Part shown: positions 24,645 through 36,609 of the stretch, piece after piece
How the letters are laid out: the number at the start of each line of letters is the position of its first letter
Position numbering within the stretch: position 1 is the first letter of the stretch
NCBI RefSeq assembly: GCF_018350175.1
Contig: NC_058372.1
Span: forward strand, 3,720,001 to 3,784,000
Origin: Felis catus
Lineage: Eukaryota
Direction: 5' to 3'
DNA: 64,000 nt
Program-made: the position numbers and the translations under genes
Notes under the pieces: model-generated
What the model was told of the DNA's origin: nothing
The model's input: only the letters and a program-made list of their open reading frames with translations
The model's database searches: none

Positions 24645-24860
24645 ACGGAGACATCCTCGCTTTCGGTTTATAGGTGTAGACCACTCCCTGCTGGCTAGTA
24701 TGGCTTCATGCTTGGAGTCTGGGGCCTGCACCAGTCGGTATCCGGCGCTTAGGATGCGTCAGGCTTTAGGCGGGGTAGTAAGTGGCGTTGGACCTAAGCC
24801 CATAGTCCTTCCCAGCTCGCCTCATGCAGTAGCAACCTGCTCTATTGCGCCGGGCTGGTC
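24645..24860 (+). pseudogene. Highly decayed histone H2A relic, the divergent partner of H2BC5
   Basis: In one frame, GVDHSLL...GACTSRYPA matches H2A G28,H31,L33,L34,G44,A45,Y50,A52 in register; VATC ~ LAIR (85-88); SIAPG ~ TIAQG (101-105). The H2A start codon and N-tail are missing. Confidence 0.72.
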
Positions 24861-25173
24861 AGGAGGTGAAACACCGTACGTACTGTGTACTAGCAAATGC
24901 CTAGGAAATACCGCTTCCCAGACTTCTGTTCTCACTTTCAACCCTGCCCGTCAGTGTGGGAGTAATTCACCACTGACAAACCTACTTGAGAAATAAGCTC
25001 GAGTTTGGGTCGTGGATAGGCTTCCGGGACCTTTACTGAAACCCCTGCACATACAAGTTTTTAAGGCGTGCACGCAAATAAGCCTTGCCAGGAGACGCCG
25101 CTCCGTGCTGGAGGGACCGCCCCACCGCGGTGGTGTCCTCCCTCCGGCCACGCCCCCCAAGGAACACAGTGCA

Positions 25174-25183
25174 ACAGCTCTTT
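25174..25183 (-). terminator. HDE of H1-4
   Basis: Minus strand AAAGAGCTGT, perfect consensus. Confidence 0.92.
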
Positions 25184-25200
25184 CGTTGAAGTCTGTGGGT

Positions 25201-25216
25201 GGCTCTGAAAAGAGCC
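25201..25216 (-). terminator. Histone stem-loop (H1-4)
   Basis: Minus strand CCCAAA-GGCTCTTTTCAGAGCC-ACCCA. Confidence 0.98.
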
Positions 25217-25257
25217 TTTGGGTTGTGTTGAGCTTCTAAGCAGTAGGCCAAAGAAAC

Positions 25258-25914
25258 TTATTTCTTCTTAGCTGCCTTCTTTGGCTTGGCTGCCTTGGGC
25301 TTGGCGGTCTTTGGCTTGGCCGCCTTGGGTTTCACGGCTTTGGCCTTCGCTGGGCTCTTAGGCGCCTTCTTGGCCTTGGCTGCTTTCGCTTTTTTCGGGC
25401 TCTTTGCCTTTTTGGCTCCTGCAGCCGCCGCGGGCTTCTTCGCCTTCTTTGGGGTCTTCTTGGCGCTCTTCTTGGGGGTGCTGGCCCCCGTCGCCTTCTT
25501 GGGTTTCTTGGCCGCCCCGGCAGCCTTCTTGGGCTTGGCCGCGCCCGCCTTCTTGGCTTTGGGCTTGGCCTCCCCGGACGCCGCCTTCTTGTTGAGCTTG
25601 AACGAGCCCGAGGCGCCGGTGCCCTTGGTCTGCACCAGGGTGCCCTTGCTCACCAGGCTCTTGAGGCCCAGCTTGATGCGGCTGTTGTTCTTCTCCACGT
25701 CGTAGCCGGCGGCCGCCAGCGCCTTCTTGAGCGCGGCCAGGGACACGCCGCTGCGCTCCTTGGAGGCGGCCACGGCCTTGGTGATGAGCTCGGACACCGG
25801 CGGCCCGGACGCCTTGCGCTTGGCGGCGCCTGCGGACTTGCGGGCCTTCTTCTTCACGGGCGTCTTCTCGGCGGGGGCCGGAGCGGCGGGCGCGGCGGGC
25901 GCGGTCTCGGACAT
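25258..25914 (-). CDS. H1-4: Linker histone H1.4 (H1e), 218 aa
   Basis: Complete [49 protein letters not shown]...KPKKAAKKK; globular domain and five S/TPxK sites. Confidence 0.96.
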   Translation of the reverse strand: MSETAPAAPAAPAPAEKTPVKKKARKSAGAAKRKASGPPVSELITKAVAASKERSGVSLAALKKALAAAGYDVEKNNSRIKLGLKSLVSKGTLVQTKGTGASGSFKLNKKAASGEAKPKAKKAGAAKPKKAAGAAKKPKKATGASTPKKSAKKTPKKAKKPAAAAGAKKAKSPKKAKAAKAKKAPKSPAKAKAVKPKAAKPKTAKPKAAKPKKAAKKK

Positions 25915-26439
25915 GTCGAAGGCGGGCGCGGGGAGAGCGACTCGAGCCGGAAGCGGAGGCACTGGCCGGGACTCGGGCCGNNNNNNNNNNNNNNNNNNNN
26001 NNNNNNNNNNNNNNNNNNNNNNNNNNNNNNNNNNNNNNNNNNNNNNNNNNNNNNNNNNNNNNNNNNNNNNNNNNNNNNNNNNNNNNNNNNNNNNNNNNNN
26101 NNNNNNNNNNNNNNNNNNNNCAAAATTCTCTACATCGAATCGCCCGGTTTTTCTCACAAAATGATCCCTGAAGCCTCAGGCTTCACGCCGGTCTCAAATT
26201 ATGAAGAAAGCACAAAGCTTTATGCCAGAAACTTACAATATTTCCCGCCGTGCTCTTCAAATTTCAACTCAGAGAAACAAAACTTTCTATTTTCTTCGTA
26301 AATTATAAACCGATCTTTAACTGTGGAGTTTTCTGACCTCTCAAATAGGATTCTCCAAGTGGTTAGCTTCTTATATGTCCAAAAACCGTGCCACTGGCAC
26401 TAAGATTTTTATTACAAATCTGCGCTTAAGTGAGGGAAG

Positions 26440-26446
26440 TAACACA
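26440..26446 (-). promoter_or_regulatory. H1 upstream TG box (TGTGTTA)
   Basis: Minus strand TGTGTTA about 525 nt upstream of the ATG, the position described for the H1 TG box; the proximal promoter is masked (25981-26120). Confidence 0.6.
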
Positions 26447-28139
26447 GGCTCCTCGGAGAGTCCTGCCTATTGAGCCGAGGGCATTTGAGTTCATCAAACT
26501 GGTTTAGTTTAATGGCAAACAAATTATTGCCCATTGGGGGTTAGATTTTGGACCCCTGGGACATCAGTCTATGCAGTCATGGTTTTATTTCTGTCGGCTG
26601 CATCTGGGTTTTTAAATAATTCTTTAGGATAATTCTTTTCCTTTCTGCTCCCAAGGGTTGGGGGCGGGGCTGTTGCTTCTCTTTTCCCTGGACAACTGCT
26701 CCATGAGTTTAGATACCTTGAATTCAGGATTATTTGGGACGGTAAGGGGACCCCAAAACTTAGTCAGGGTGGACAGATGCAAAAGGATTAATTTTCAAAT
26801 AACACAGAGATGAGGTCCATAAAATCATTGGAAGTGGAGGGACACGTTGAGGAATTTGCAGTGTTGCGGGGTTCTTTGGCACATTCTTCAGGATTAAACT
26901 GTAAGAAACGAGTTAGAGATGAAATTCAAGCGTTGATCGTATGGGGAAATACGTTCGAAGTGTAAATGATGACATATCTACTCCCATTATTAGAGCAACC
27001 CAGACCCTGTCATTACTCAATAGCTGATGAATGGCTAGTCCACCTACGAAATATGGCTTCCGTCATGAAGATTATGGCCCTATGCTTCCCAGACATCCAT
27101 AAAAAAGAAAACAAGTTACGTGTTGGATTGAATTACAAGTTCAGATTTGCATCTCAGAGGTGGATCTTTGCGGGACTATGTAAATTAAGTCATGGTCCTC
27201 TGAAGACATCCTTTGCAAGATCTGTGAAAGATGGGTTTGTTTGGGTAATTGCCCAATCAACAGAGAGTCTATGTTAAAAATGACCATCCAACTAAAGAAA
27301 TCATTCCTGGAAAATGGTCTGGCTGGAATTGTCTTTAAAAACTTGCAAGCCATGTACTTGAGAGACAACGTACCATTTTGGCCAGTGCTATAAAGTGATA
27401 CGACACCATTCTTTGAGTGTAGCTGGTTGTAACACAGCATTGGGCATCATGGTAATTTTTAGTTTTGTTGCCACAAATCTCCCTGCACAACAGACCTTAC
27501 TACTGAAATCAAAAGAGACTATATATCTTTGATACAACATTAATTACAAGTTTCAGATTAGTGCTACTTAAGTTAATGCTGGTATAAAATCACCGTAAAT
27601 AATCTGTATTTTTAAAGCCTTAATGTATAAACATTTCAATGTAATTAGTGCATGCTAGTGAAAAATAAATATGCCCTTTGGTATATATTAATATAAAAAG
27701 GGAGAGGATAAGGTTCCAAAACAGACCAGTTGATAGTTACTAGGGAACCTGATTTATGGGCATTCAATCCCAGAACAGTGTGTTATACTCATTTTCAATG
27801 ACAAACAATAACTTTTGCAAATGGCTGAAATTTGCACAACCCATTGAAGTTTTCTCTTAAATGTCTGCTTTGAGCCTATGTAATCCTTACACTTCTGACG
27901 TTGAGGGACTTAATGTCTCCAAATTCTGTGATCTTTCAACTCACCTATGCTTGTCTCCTCTGGTACAGTGTGTTTTCCCATCAATAAAATGAACTGATGG
28001 GTTTAAAGAATACATTGAGCATCTCCCACTATGAAAGCAAATGTTTATTTGACACTCTTCTATGATGGCATAAGAGTAACACCAAAGGCTCTACTTTACT
28101 ATTGATCTATCAGCTTGGCTGGCCCTATTCCAACTACCT

Positions 28140-28141
<2 letters not shown>

Positions 28142-28178
<37 letters not shown>
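28142..28178. repeat. (TG)n microsatellite
   Basis: Direct reading. Confidence 0.95.
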
Positions 28179-28182
<4 letters not shown>

Positions 28183-28622
28183 GTATTTTAAGTTTAGATT
28201 CCAAAGTCTTTCTTCAGATGATTCTGAACCAGTGACTCCAGGGAGTCTCAGAATATCTAAGAAGTCCTCGGTTCCCTCTGATGCCCAGCTGAGTCTGGGA
28301 ACTACTGCTGTCCCTGGAGGTGACCAACAGGTCAAACCCGTTTTCTGTCATGCGAGGGTTCCTGCAGATTTCTGGACTTGCCTGTGACATGCCAGACGTG
28401 ACCCCAGGTTGAGAGGGTGTGTTGCAGCAATCCAACCCTGACTCCCTTGGATTCCCACCTGACTGGGCACTCAAGTGGGCTCTGGAAGGGTGAGAAAGTG
28501 ATGGCAAAGCCTCCCATGCTTCATGATTTTCCATCCACATGGGGTGGATAAGCCTTGGTTTCCTGTGGACTCCCAGAAGCCCCTAGTATGGCATCTCTGC
28601 TCCTCATCCCGTTTTATCATTC

Positions 28623-28852
28623 TTTTTTTTTTTTTAATTTTTAAAAATGCTTACTTATTTTGAGAGAGAGAGTGAGCGTGCGCATGCCGGTGGGGGAGGG
28701 GCAGAGAGCGGGAGGGAGACAGAGAATCCCAAGCAGGCTCCAGGCTCTGAGCTGTCAGTGCAGACCCTGCAGTGGGGCTCGAACCCACAGACCTCGAGAC
28801 CATAGCCTGAGCCGAAGTCGGAAGCCTAAGGGACTGAGCCACCAGGTGCCCC
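28623..28852 (-). mobile_element. SINEC_Fc-type SINE, TSD tttatcattct
   Basis: Typical body and flanking direct repeat. Confidence 0.92.
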
Positions 28853-28939
28853 TCCCACTTTATCATTCTCAATAAAAGCTACCCTTTCCACTTACTGGTC
28901 ATTGTACTCTGTGCTACCTACATTCTTACTTGGTCAATG

Positions 28940-29090
28940 TAACCATCCCTAGCCTGGGCTGTTGTCCCTATTTGACAAAGGAGCATATGGACTTGCACCG
29001 GCTAAGGACTTCTGAGCAGGCTGTTGCTGACAGGTGCATCTAGGTTTCCAGCTCACATCTGTCTGACTTCAAAGTATGTGCTCTTAATGT
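28940..29090 (-). mobile_element. MIR
   Basis: ccctatttgacaaaggag...ctgtctgacttcaaagtatgtgctcttaa. Confidence 0.55.
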
Positions 29091-30169
29091 GTTTACCAGA
29101 CTGTAGGTCTGAATAATCACTAGAGGTTGTGAAATCAATTTAGNNNNNNNNNNNNNNNNNNNNNNNNNNNNNNNNNNNNNNNNNNNNNNNNNNNNNNNNN
29201 NNNNNNNNNNNNNNNNNNNNNNNNNNNNNNNNNNNNNNNNNNNNNNNNNNNNNNNNNNNNNNNNNNNNNNNNNNNNNNNNNNNNNNNNNNNNNNNNNNNN
29301 NNNNNNNNNNNNNNNNNNNNNNNNNNNNNNNNNNNNNNNNNNNNNNNNNNNNNNNNNNNNNNNNNNNNNNNNNNNNNNNNNNNNNNNNNNNNNNNNNNNN
29401 NNNNNNNNNNNNNNTATCCAATACTAGTGCCCAATGCCTGTGGCTTCAGTTATGCACTCAGTTCTTTGACTGTGTGCTGATGCCTCCCATGTGAAACGTA
29501 TTTTTTGCTGTGTGGGATCATAGGCTAGAGTGGAAGGAGCCTTCCTCATGGAATTTCTTGAACTCATGAAGTATTCTCAAGTTTTTAATCTCTAATGAGC
29601 TAAAAAAAAGGGGGGGGATTTCCTGATACGGACTTTTTTTTAAGCCTCTAAAAAAAAACCCCAAGTGATGGACAATGGGGAGCATGTTGTGAATGGTGGC
29701 CACAATAGCAATTGTGGGAAGAGGCACAACAATATGATTTGCAGACAAGTTAAAGGCATAGGAAGCTTGTACTTGGTTCCTTTTACTCCATCGTTCTGGG
29801 TCCCAAGCACTTGACTCTGCACTTGGCTATTTTAATGTTGTCATGAGTGTTTTAGTGAAGACAGAGTTTGGGGATGAGGTGCTTTTTGCAGGACAAACGA
29901 GTCCTTCCCGAGTTTCTGCACAGGAGGTGTATTACGTACGCAAAGGATGTGGCACCGTGGACTGTGGTCACTGTGTGGATCACCTTTGGAACTCTGTCGG
30001 GACAGACTTCCCCTCTGTGGACTTTTAATAGGTACTCTATCTTAGCTTTTGGTGTAGAACATTTCTGGCAAATTTTTCGTAAAAGGACCTATATGTTACC
30101 TTACAAATTCTTATTCTTTCTATGTCATTCAACCATGTGTGGATTGCACACCATTCAATCCAAGTGTGG

Positions 30170-31760
30170 ATTGCACTCCCTAGACTATTGACTTGCAACA
30201 TTGTTTGGAACTATAAACCGTCGGGGAGAAATTTATTACCAACCCATAAGAGAACGTTGAAATGAACTAGGGTACACTTGCAATACTTAAGAATACGAAG
30301 CTACAGAAATGGGTAAGAACCATCTCTCGGAAGTAATAAGGAGCAAGTTCTAGGATGCATGGCTAAGTGAAAAAGCCAAGCGCAAAAGAGTATCCATAGT
30401 ATGACACCCTCCATAGGAGAAAGAAGAGGACATAAGAAAACACACCTTCTTCTTATTTGTGCGGAAGATGTACAGGAAGGATAAACCAAAAATAAAGGAG
30501 ACGGGCTATCTATGGCAGTGGGGGAGGGTTAGAAAGGAGTATAAAGAAGGGAGAAAGGGGAACAGAGCGTCAGGGTGAGGAGGGAGTAACGGTTTATTGA
30601 ATATGTCTGTTGGTGTAACTGACTCTTCCAACCACAGTCATGTTACATGTACCAGTAAGATAAACTGTTAAAAGCGATAGGGTTGGGGAAGGAACCCAGC
30701 ACATCTGGCCTTGAAGCATCATTCTCCAATACAAAGAACCAGGGCTCCTTGGATAAGTGGTTGATTCCAAGGAGGGAACAGGCAAAAGACAGGATGGGCC
30801 TGGAACGTCTTGTGGTACCAGAAGACAAGGAAGTGTTTTCTAAAAGATGGAAACTTTGAAAAAAACATGGTAGCCAGTCTCAAGGAGCTACTAATGACCA
30901 AAGCTGCTGCCATTTGAGCAACAAAATAAAAATCGGTAACGTTGGACTTTTTTAGCTCCCTAGAATAAAATATGTATCCATAAGGACATACATACGTCAC
31001 GAGAAGGACAACTCTCCCTCGTTGCGGATACAATCCACATGTGGATGCTAAAATCGCCAGGCGGAAGTTTAAGGAACAGCAGGGTTTTCAGTCTCAGAGT
31101 GTCTTCCCTAAGACACCTATCAACTACGAAGACAAAGGTAATAAGTTTACAGTGGTTCACTCCAGAAGACATCCCTTAACTAAGTGAGCAAGGTAAATGT
31201 GACAAGTAATAGGACATATGGACATCACGAACTCCTTGCAGTAAGAAAACACCTGTTTGGGGGATATTTCCTGGCAGAAATGCATAAGCTCACTCCAATG
31301 AAAAGGAAACATCACACAAATTCAAATCGAGTGCCATTCTTTAAAATGACTCATCAGTAGTCCTCAAAAGTGTGAAGGTCAGGAGAGATGAGGACAGACT
31401 AAGGAACTATTATAGACCTGAAAATCCCGAGGAAAAACAAAAAGTAAACTTAACGTGGGATCCTGAATAAGACCTTGGAAAAGAAAAAGGATACTGGTGG
31501 AAAGGTTTGTCAAATTTGGAAAAAAGTCTAAGTTTGGTAAATAACATTGTGCCAATGTCCATTTCCTGTTCTTTTGTTTGCTTGTTTGTTTTGTTTTGTC
31601 GCATTTCCTGTATTGTCGTTGTTCCTGTATTGTCGTTGTACAACGGTTATGTAAGACATGAACATTAGGGGAAGCCAGTTGAGGGCTACAAGGGAATTTT
31701 TGTACCAGTTTTGTAACTTCTGTATAATCTAAAATTAGTTCAAAATAAAGTTTTCTAAAA
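30170..31760 (+). mobile_element. L1MC-type 3' end (L1MC3-like)
   Basis: tgaagcatcattctccaatacaaagaaccagggctccttggataagtggttgattcc and downstream L1MC 3' UTR motifs. Confidence 0.8.
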
Positions 31761-32379
31761 AAAGTTTCTCTTCACATCTCACCATGTTGTAACACTTTTC
31801 ATAGAAAGGGAAAACATCCATGTGACATAGATTCTCCATAGTGGTGGAAATGTAGATGACTTTTATTCTTGTGTCCAAGCTTTTATGTTTTTTCCAAGTT
31901 TTCACCACAGCCATGGATCCATGAATTACTTTATTATTAGCAAACAACATGCTTCCCTTAAAAATATGATAAAGATTTTTTTTCTTTTGTTGTGTTTTTT
32001 TGTATGCTAAGTTTCTCAGACACCAGGTAGTACAGGCTGAGACATCATTCGGCTCTTTCTCTGGGCTTTCACTGAAATTATTTCTCTGGTTTTTATCTAA
32101 GATTTATTATATACATCCATGAACGTTCTGGTTTAGTTTGTCCTGATTTTGAAATGTATATGTGCCAAACCATAGTGTACTCACCCCTCTGTCTTGATTA
32201 TTCCCTCAATAAGAACCACCCTTCTGTATTATTGGTAAGAGAGAGCTCTAGTTGTCGAGTTGCACTGTGTTATATTTCATTTATAAACGTGGCCCAATGT
32301 ATTTACTATCTAGCTTCTTGTGCCTGGACATCCTCCTGGTTAGATGATTAAGCAACTTTAATTTTCCAAAAATGTTTGC

Positions 32380-32930
32380 CGCAATTTTTCCTGACCCACA
32401 CTCCTTTCTCCACTGTGTCTTGACTCTTGCGCCCTCATCAAATCTAATTCCTGTCCCCTCGAGGCTGAGTGGACTTGTGACAGCTCACACCAAGAGGGTG
32501 GGGGGATTGAAGCTGTGTGACTTCCGAGCCCAGGTCCTACGGAGCAACCAGCTTTTGCCTTATTTGCTGGAGCCCTCAGGCTTGCTCTCTGAGCTATCTC
32601 TCTCAGAAGAATTTTGGTGATTCTGAGGCCACCAGGCTGTGAGGAAACCAACCTCTGTTGGAGACCATGTTTGGGCACTCTGGTTGGCTGTCTTAATATT
32701 TGAACCATCTTACTTCTAGGACCAGAAATATGAGACGAGGCTCCAGGTTATTCCAACTGACAGTGGTAAAGTCTTTTCATCTGAAGTCCCAAACATAATG
32801 GCAGAGATCCAAGCCAGCTCCGTTCTGCTCTATCTAAATTCCTGGTCCAAAGTCTGTGGGCATAACAAAATGGCGGTTGTTTTTAGCAATTAAGTTTTGA
32901 GATATTTTGTAACTTGAACAGTAATGATTT
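32380..32930 (+). mobile_element. MLT1 (G/H-type) LTR
   Basis: gaagctgtgtgacttccgagcccaggtc...gccaccaggctgtgaggaaacc...ttgtttttagcaattaagttttgagatattttgtaac. Confidence 0.7.
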
Positions 32931-33012
32931 CAGTTTATTTTCATGTATGTTATTAGCTGATCAGTGGCTTTAAAAACATTTTGGTCATAGCCTGCATCAA
33001 GAAACACGTCTT

Positions 33013-33241
33013 GGGGCGCCTGGGTGGCTCAGTCGGTTGAGAGACCGACTTCGGCTCAGGTCATGATCCCACGGTTTGTGAGTTCGAGCCCCGCGTTGGG
33101 CTCTGTGCTGACAGCTCGGAGCCTGGAGCCTGCTTCAGATTCTGGGTCTCCCTCTCTCTCTCTCTCTGCCCCTCCCCCGCTCATGCTGTCTCTCTCTATC
33201 TCTCAAAAATAAATAAACATTAAAAAAAATTAAAAAAAAAA
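33013..33241 (+). mobile_element. SINEC_Fc with 14-bp TSD
   Basis: TSD aagaaacacgtctt at 32999-33012 and 33242-33255. Confidence 0.96.
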
Positions 33242-34007
33242 AAGAAACACGTCTTACAACATTATATTCACCCTGGCCTACCCCTCGTCCTGCGTGTCCT
33301 AACTGAAGACAAAACAAAAGTAATAAGTATGTTTTTTTCTGTGCAATTTGCTCTGCTACTTTCTCTTCTTCACTCCCTTCCCCTCCCTCCCCTCCCTTCC
33401 CTTTCAGTCCCTTCCCTCTTTCTCCTCTCTCCTCTATTTAATTTCAACGAAGTTGACTACTGGCAACTAAACTGCTTTTATAAATAATAGCTCTCAATCA
33501 GCAGACTGAAGGAAATCTGTGCTAGAGGCTGCAGTTTAAGAGGTGATCTCAAACTCATTTTTATACCTTATAGAGTGTGCGTGTATTTCTATATCTATCT
33601 TCCATATTTACATCGATATATATATATATATGTACCTACATGTATTTTAAGTTCTGAACTCAGTCAAGTTGTTCTATGTTGGCCCGAGGCTAAATAAATC
33701 AGTGAAATAAAGATAAAAAATATGGCAAGAGAAAATCTAAGAAATCTAAACTTAATTTGGATGTTGAAGCACATTGAGTCTCCACGAATCCATCTTGTTT
33801 CAAGATGAAAGCCTGAGAGAGGTCAGGGACTTGTCCTCTGGGTTACCAGCAAGGAGATCCTATGGAATCTGGATGCAGGAAGGATCCTTGAAAAAGGTGG
33901 AGGTGGAGAGCATTTCGGATCTGGGGATGAGGTGAAGGATTGGGGTGTCTTTTCTTGGACTGGAAGTGCATAAAAGTATAAAGCATAAGTGTCTACATAT
34001 ATACTCT

Positions 34008-34231
34008 TTTTTTTAAATTTTTTTTTCAACGTTTTTATTTATTTTTGGGACAGAGAGAGACAGAGCATGAATGAGGGAGGGGCAGAGAGAGAGGGAGACA
34101 CAGAATCGGAAACAGGCTCCAGGCTCTGAGCCATCAGCCCAGAGCCTGACGCGGGGCTCGAACTCCCGGACTGCGAGATCGTGACCTGGCTGAAGTTGGA
34201 CGCTTAACCGACTGTGCCACCCAGGCGCCCC
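34008..34231 (-). mobile_element. SINEC_Fc (young)
   Basis: Near-consensus; TSD atatactct. Confidence 0.95.
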
Positions 34232-34687
34232 ATATACTCTTAAGAGTCAAAACACAGATCCCTTAATCCTGGCAAAAATCCCAATAAATACCGTCTTCTG
34301 TCTGGAAAGAGAGTGCCTAGAGAAACAATGACTTCAGAGATATTAACTACCTCTTCGTTAACCTTAACATTGAACTCATAATCATTGTCTAACTCAGTAT
34401 CTTCGGCATCCATTTCTTCAAAGATGTCGCCGGTGTCTTTAGAAGAGATGGTTCAATGAATAAGAACAGGTTGCATCTGGCCTTCTTGCACATCTCTACT
34501 CTGTTCTTCACTTTCCCTCTTTATCCATCATAATTCCGATTATTATTTCCTCAGGATCCCTTTACTTTTCCTCCTTCACTCCCCCTGCATTATACGCATT
34601 TGCTGGTTTGTAAATGTAAGATCTATATATTTACACAGATTGTTCATTCATACATGGTGGCAGTTTGGCATAATGGCAGACTCTTTT

Positions 34688-35430
34688 ATAGTTATCTACT
34701 GCTGCATAACAAATTTTCCCAACCTTTAATGGCTTAAAATAATAAAAAGGATTTACTATCTCACACAGTTTCCATGGGTCAGAAATTTGGGGATGACTTT
34801 ACTGGGTAGTTTTTTTTAAGTTTATTTATTGTGACAGAGAGAGAGCAGGGGAGCAGCAGAGAGAGGGGGGAAGAGAGAGAATCCCAAGAATGCTCCGTAC
34901 TGTCAGGGCAGAGCCCAACTCAAGGTTTGAATTCACGAACCGTGACATGATGACCTGAGCCGAAGTTGAGAGTTGGACGCTCAACTGACTGAGCCACCCA
35001 GGCACCGCTTAACTGGGTAGTTTTGACTTGAGATATCTGATGAGACTGGAGTCAACATATTAGCTGGAAGTGGAGTCATCTGAAGACTTGACTGGGGCTG
35101 GAAGACCCAATTCCCCCAAATGGCTCTCAGTGGCTCTCCCCAGATGCCAAGTCAGTGTTGGCTATTGGGCAGAAGGCCTCAGTTCTTTGGCCTCTCCGTA
35201 GGTCTGCTCCAGGACTCCCTACGTGGCACCTAACTTCCTCAAAAGTGAGTGATCCAAGAGAGCAAAACTGAAGTCACAGTATCTTTTATGACTTAATTCC
35301 AGAAGCCACAGTATTATATTACTTACATAGGTCAGTGTATCCAGTTTGGGGAGGGAATGATCCAAGTGTGTGTGTGCATACTGGAAGGTGAGATTACCAG
35401 GGCCATCTTGGAATCTGGCTGTCACAGTTC
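34688..35430. mobile_element. MLT1 LTR interrupted by a SINE
   Basis: agttatctactgctgcataacaaattttccc...catcttggaatctggctgtcaca. Confidence 0.78.
34811..35007 (-). mobile_element. Can-SINE, TSD actgggtagtttt
   Basis: Nested in MLT1 with a 13-bp direct repeat. Confidence 0.92.
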
Positions 35431-35599
35431 TGAAGGCAGAGGCCTCCATTTCAAATTCAAATCCTGTCACTTACTAGATTTATGAGTTTAAGCAATTTAC
35501 TAACCTCTATTTCTCAGTTGTCTCATGTTCAAAATTTGGATGACAATGGTATGGTAGATGGTATTACTACTCCCAAATTTTTGCTGCATATTTGGGAGG

Positions 35600-35910
35600 A
35601 TTACACATCCCTGCCCATCAATATGGATTTACAATATGCCTCCCCATATGAAGAGTACATTTCTCCTCCACATCAACGTAAGTCATTGCCACAGGAGTGG
35701 CTTTGGTTGGTAAAATATTAGAAGTGATGTGTGCCCACTTCCCAGAAAAATCATTAACAGCAATAAGATCCCTTTATGTCGCATTCAGCCTGGGTCCCTC
35801 CATGAAGAAAACATGGAACAGAGCCATGGCAGATCCACTAAGAAATACAGTGTGAGTCGGAAATAACCTTTGCTATTGCTACGAACTAAGATTTGGGGGT
35901 TGTTTGTTGT
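35600..35910 (+). mobile_element. MLT1 (I/J-type) LTR fragment
   Basis: gaagtgatgtgtgcccacttcc...cagcctgggtcc...ggaaataacctttgc...taagatttgggggttgtttgtt. Confidence 0.6.
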
Positions 35911-36005
35911 AGAATCTGGCAAAAATCTCATAGATACAACTATTATCTACTTTGTAGGAGAGTTGCTAAGATCAGATGAGGTCATTTTTTTGAAGCGATT
36001 TAACG

Positions 36006-36048
36006 GTCTAAGGCCATATGCACCCTGAATGCACCTGATCTCATCTGA
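36006..36048 (+). pseudogene. 5S rRNA 5' fragment (tailless retropseudogene) inserted in a MIR
   Basis: GTCTAAGGCCATATGCACCCTGAATGCACCTGATCTCATCTGA versus 5S GTCTACGGCCATAC-CACCCTGAACGCGCCCGATCTCGTCTGA. Confidence 0.88.
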
Positions 36049-36100
36049 AGTGATGTCACAGTGCTTGACACATAGTAAGTGACCATATATGTTACTTTTT

Positions 36101-36314
36101 AAAAAATTCTTTTATGTTTTATTTTTTATTTTTGAGAGAGAAAGAGGGACAGTGTGATCGGGGGAGGGGCAGAGAGAGAGGGAGGCACAGAATCTGAAGC
36201 CGGCTTCAGGCTCCGAGCTGTCAGCACAGAGCCTGACGTGGGGTTCGAACTCATGAACGGTGAGATTGTGACCTGAGCCGACTGAGCTCAACCGACTGAG
36301 CCACCCAGTCGCCC
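36101..36314 (-). mobile_element. SINEC_Fc-type SINE with 16-bp TSD
   Basis: TSD atatatgttacttttt at 36085-36100 and 36317-36332. Confidence 0.94.
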
Positions 36315-36609
36315 TGATATATGTTACTTTTTAATCCTAAATTCACATGAACTGAGTTTATAAGCCATACCGTTAATTAATGTATAATGAGATACACTTG
36401 ATATTAAATAAAGTATCAGATGTGTGCTTAATTTCTGGTCAGGAGATCAAGGTACAAATTAGAGGATATATTTTGAGCTGGACTTCCAGCAGCATGAGGA
36501 CCCGGGCAGATATTTAGGACTAGAAAACGCTGTAAACACTGGTCTGCACGTTAGTTGTTCAAGGAAGATCAGTGTTCGTCAGCTGTGTTTGGTCCCACTG
36601 TTTCCCAGT

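Noticed and set aside
24949-24976. GTCAGTG...CACTGAC hairpin near the end of the H2A relic ORF
   Set aside because: Not a histone stem-loop (wrong stem and loop); a 7-bp inverted repeat is expected by chance
25286-25705. 139-aa plus-strand Ala/Leu/Phe-rich ORF that looks like a membrane protein
   Set aside because: Antisense shadow of the Lys/Ala-rich H1.4 codons
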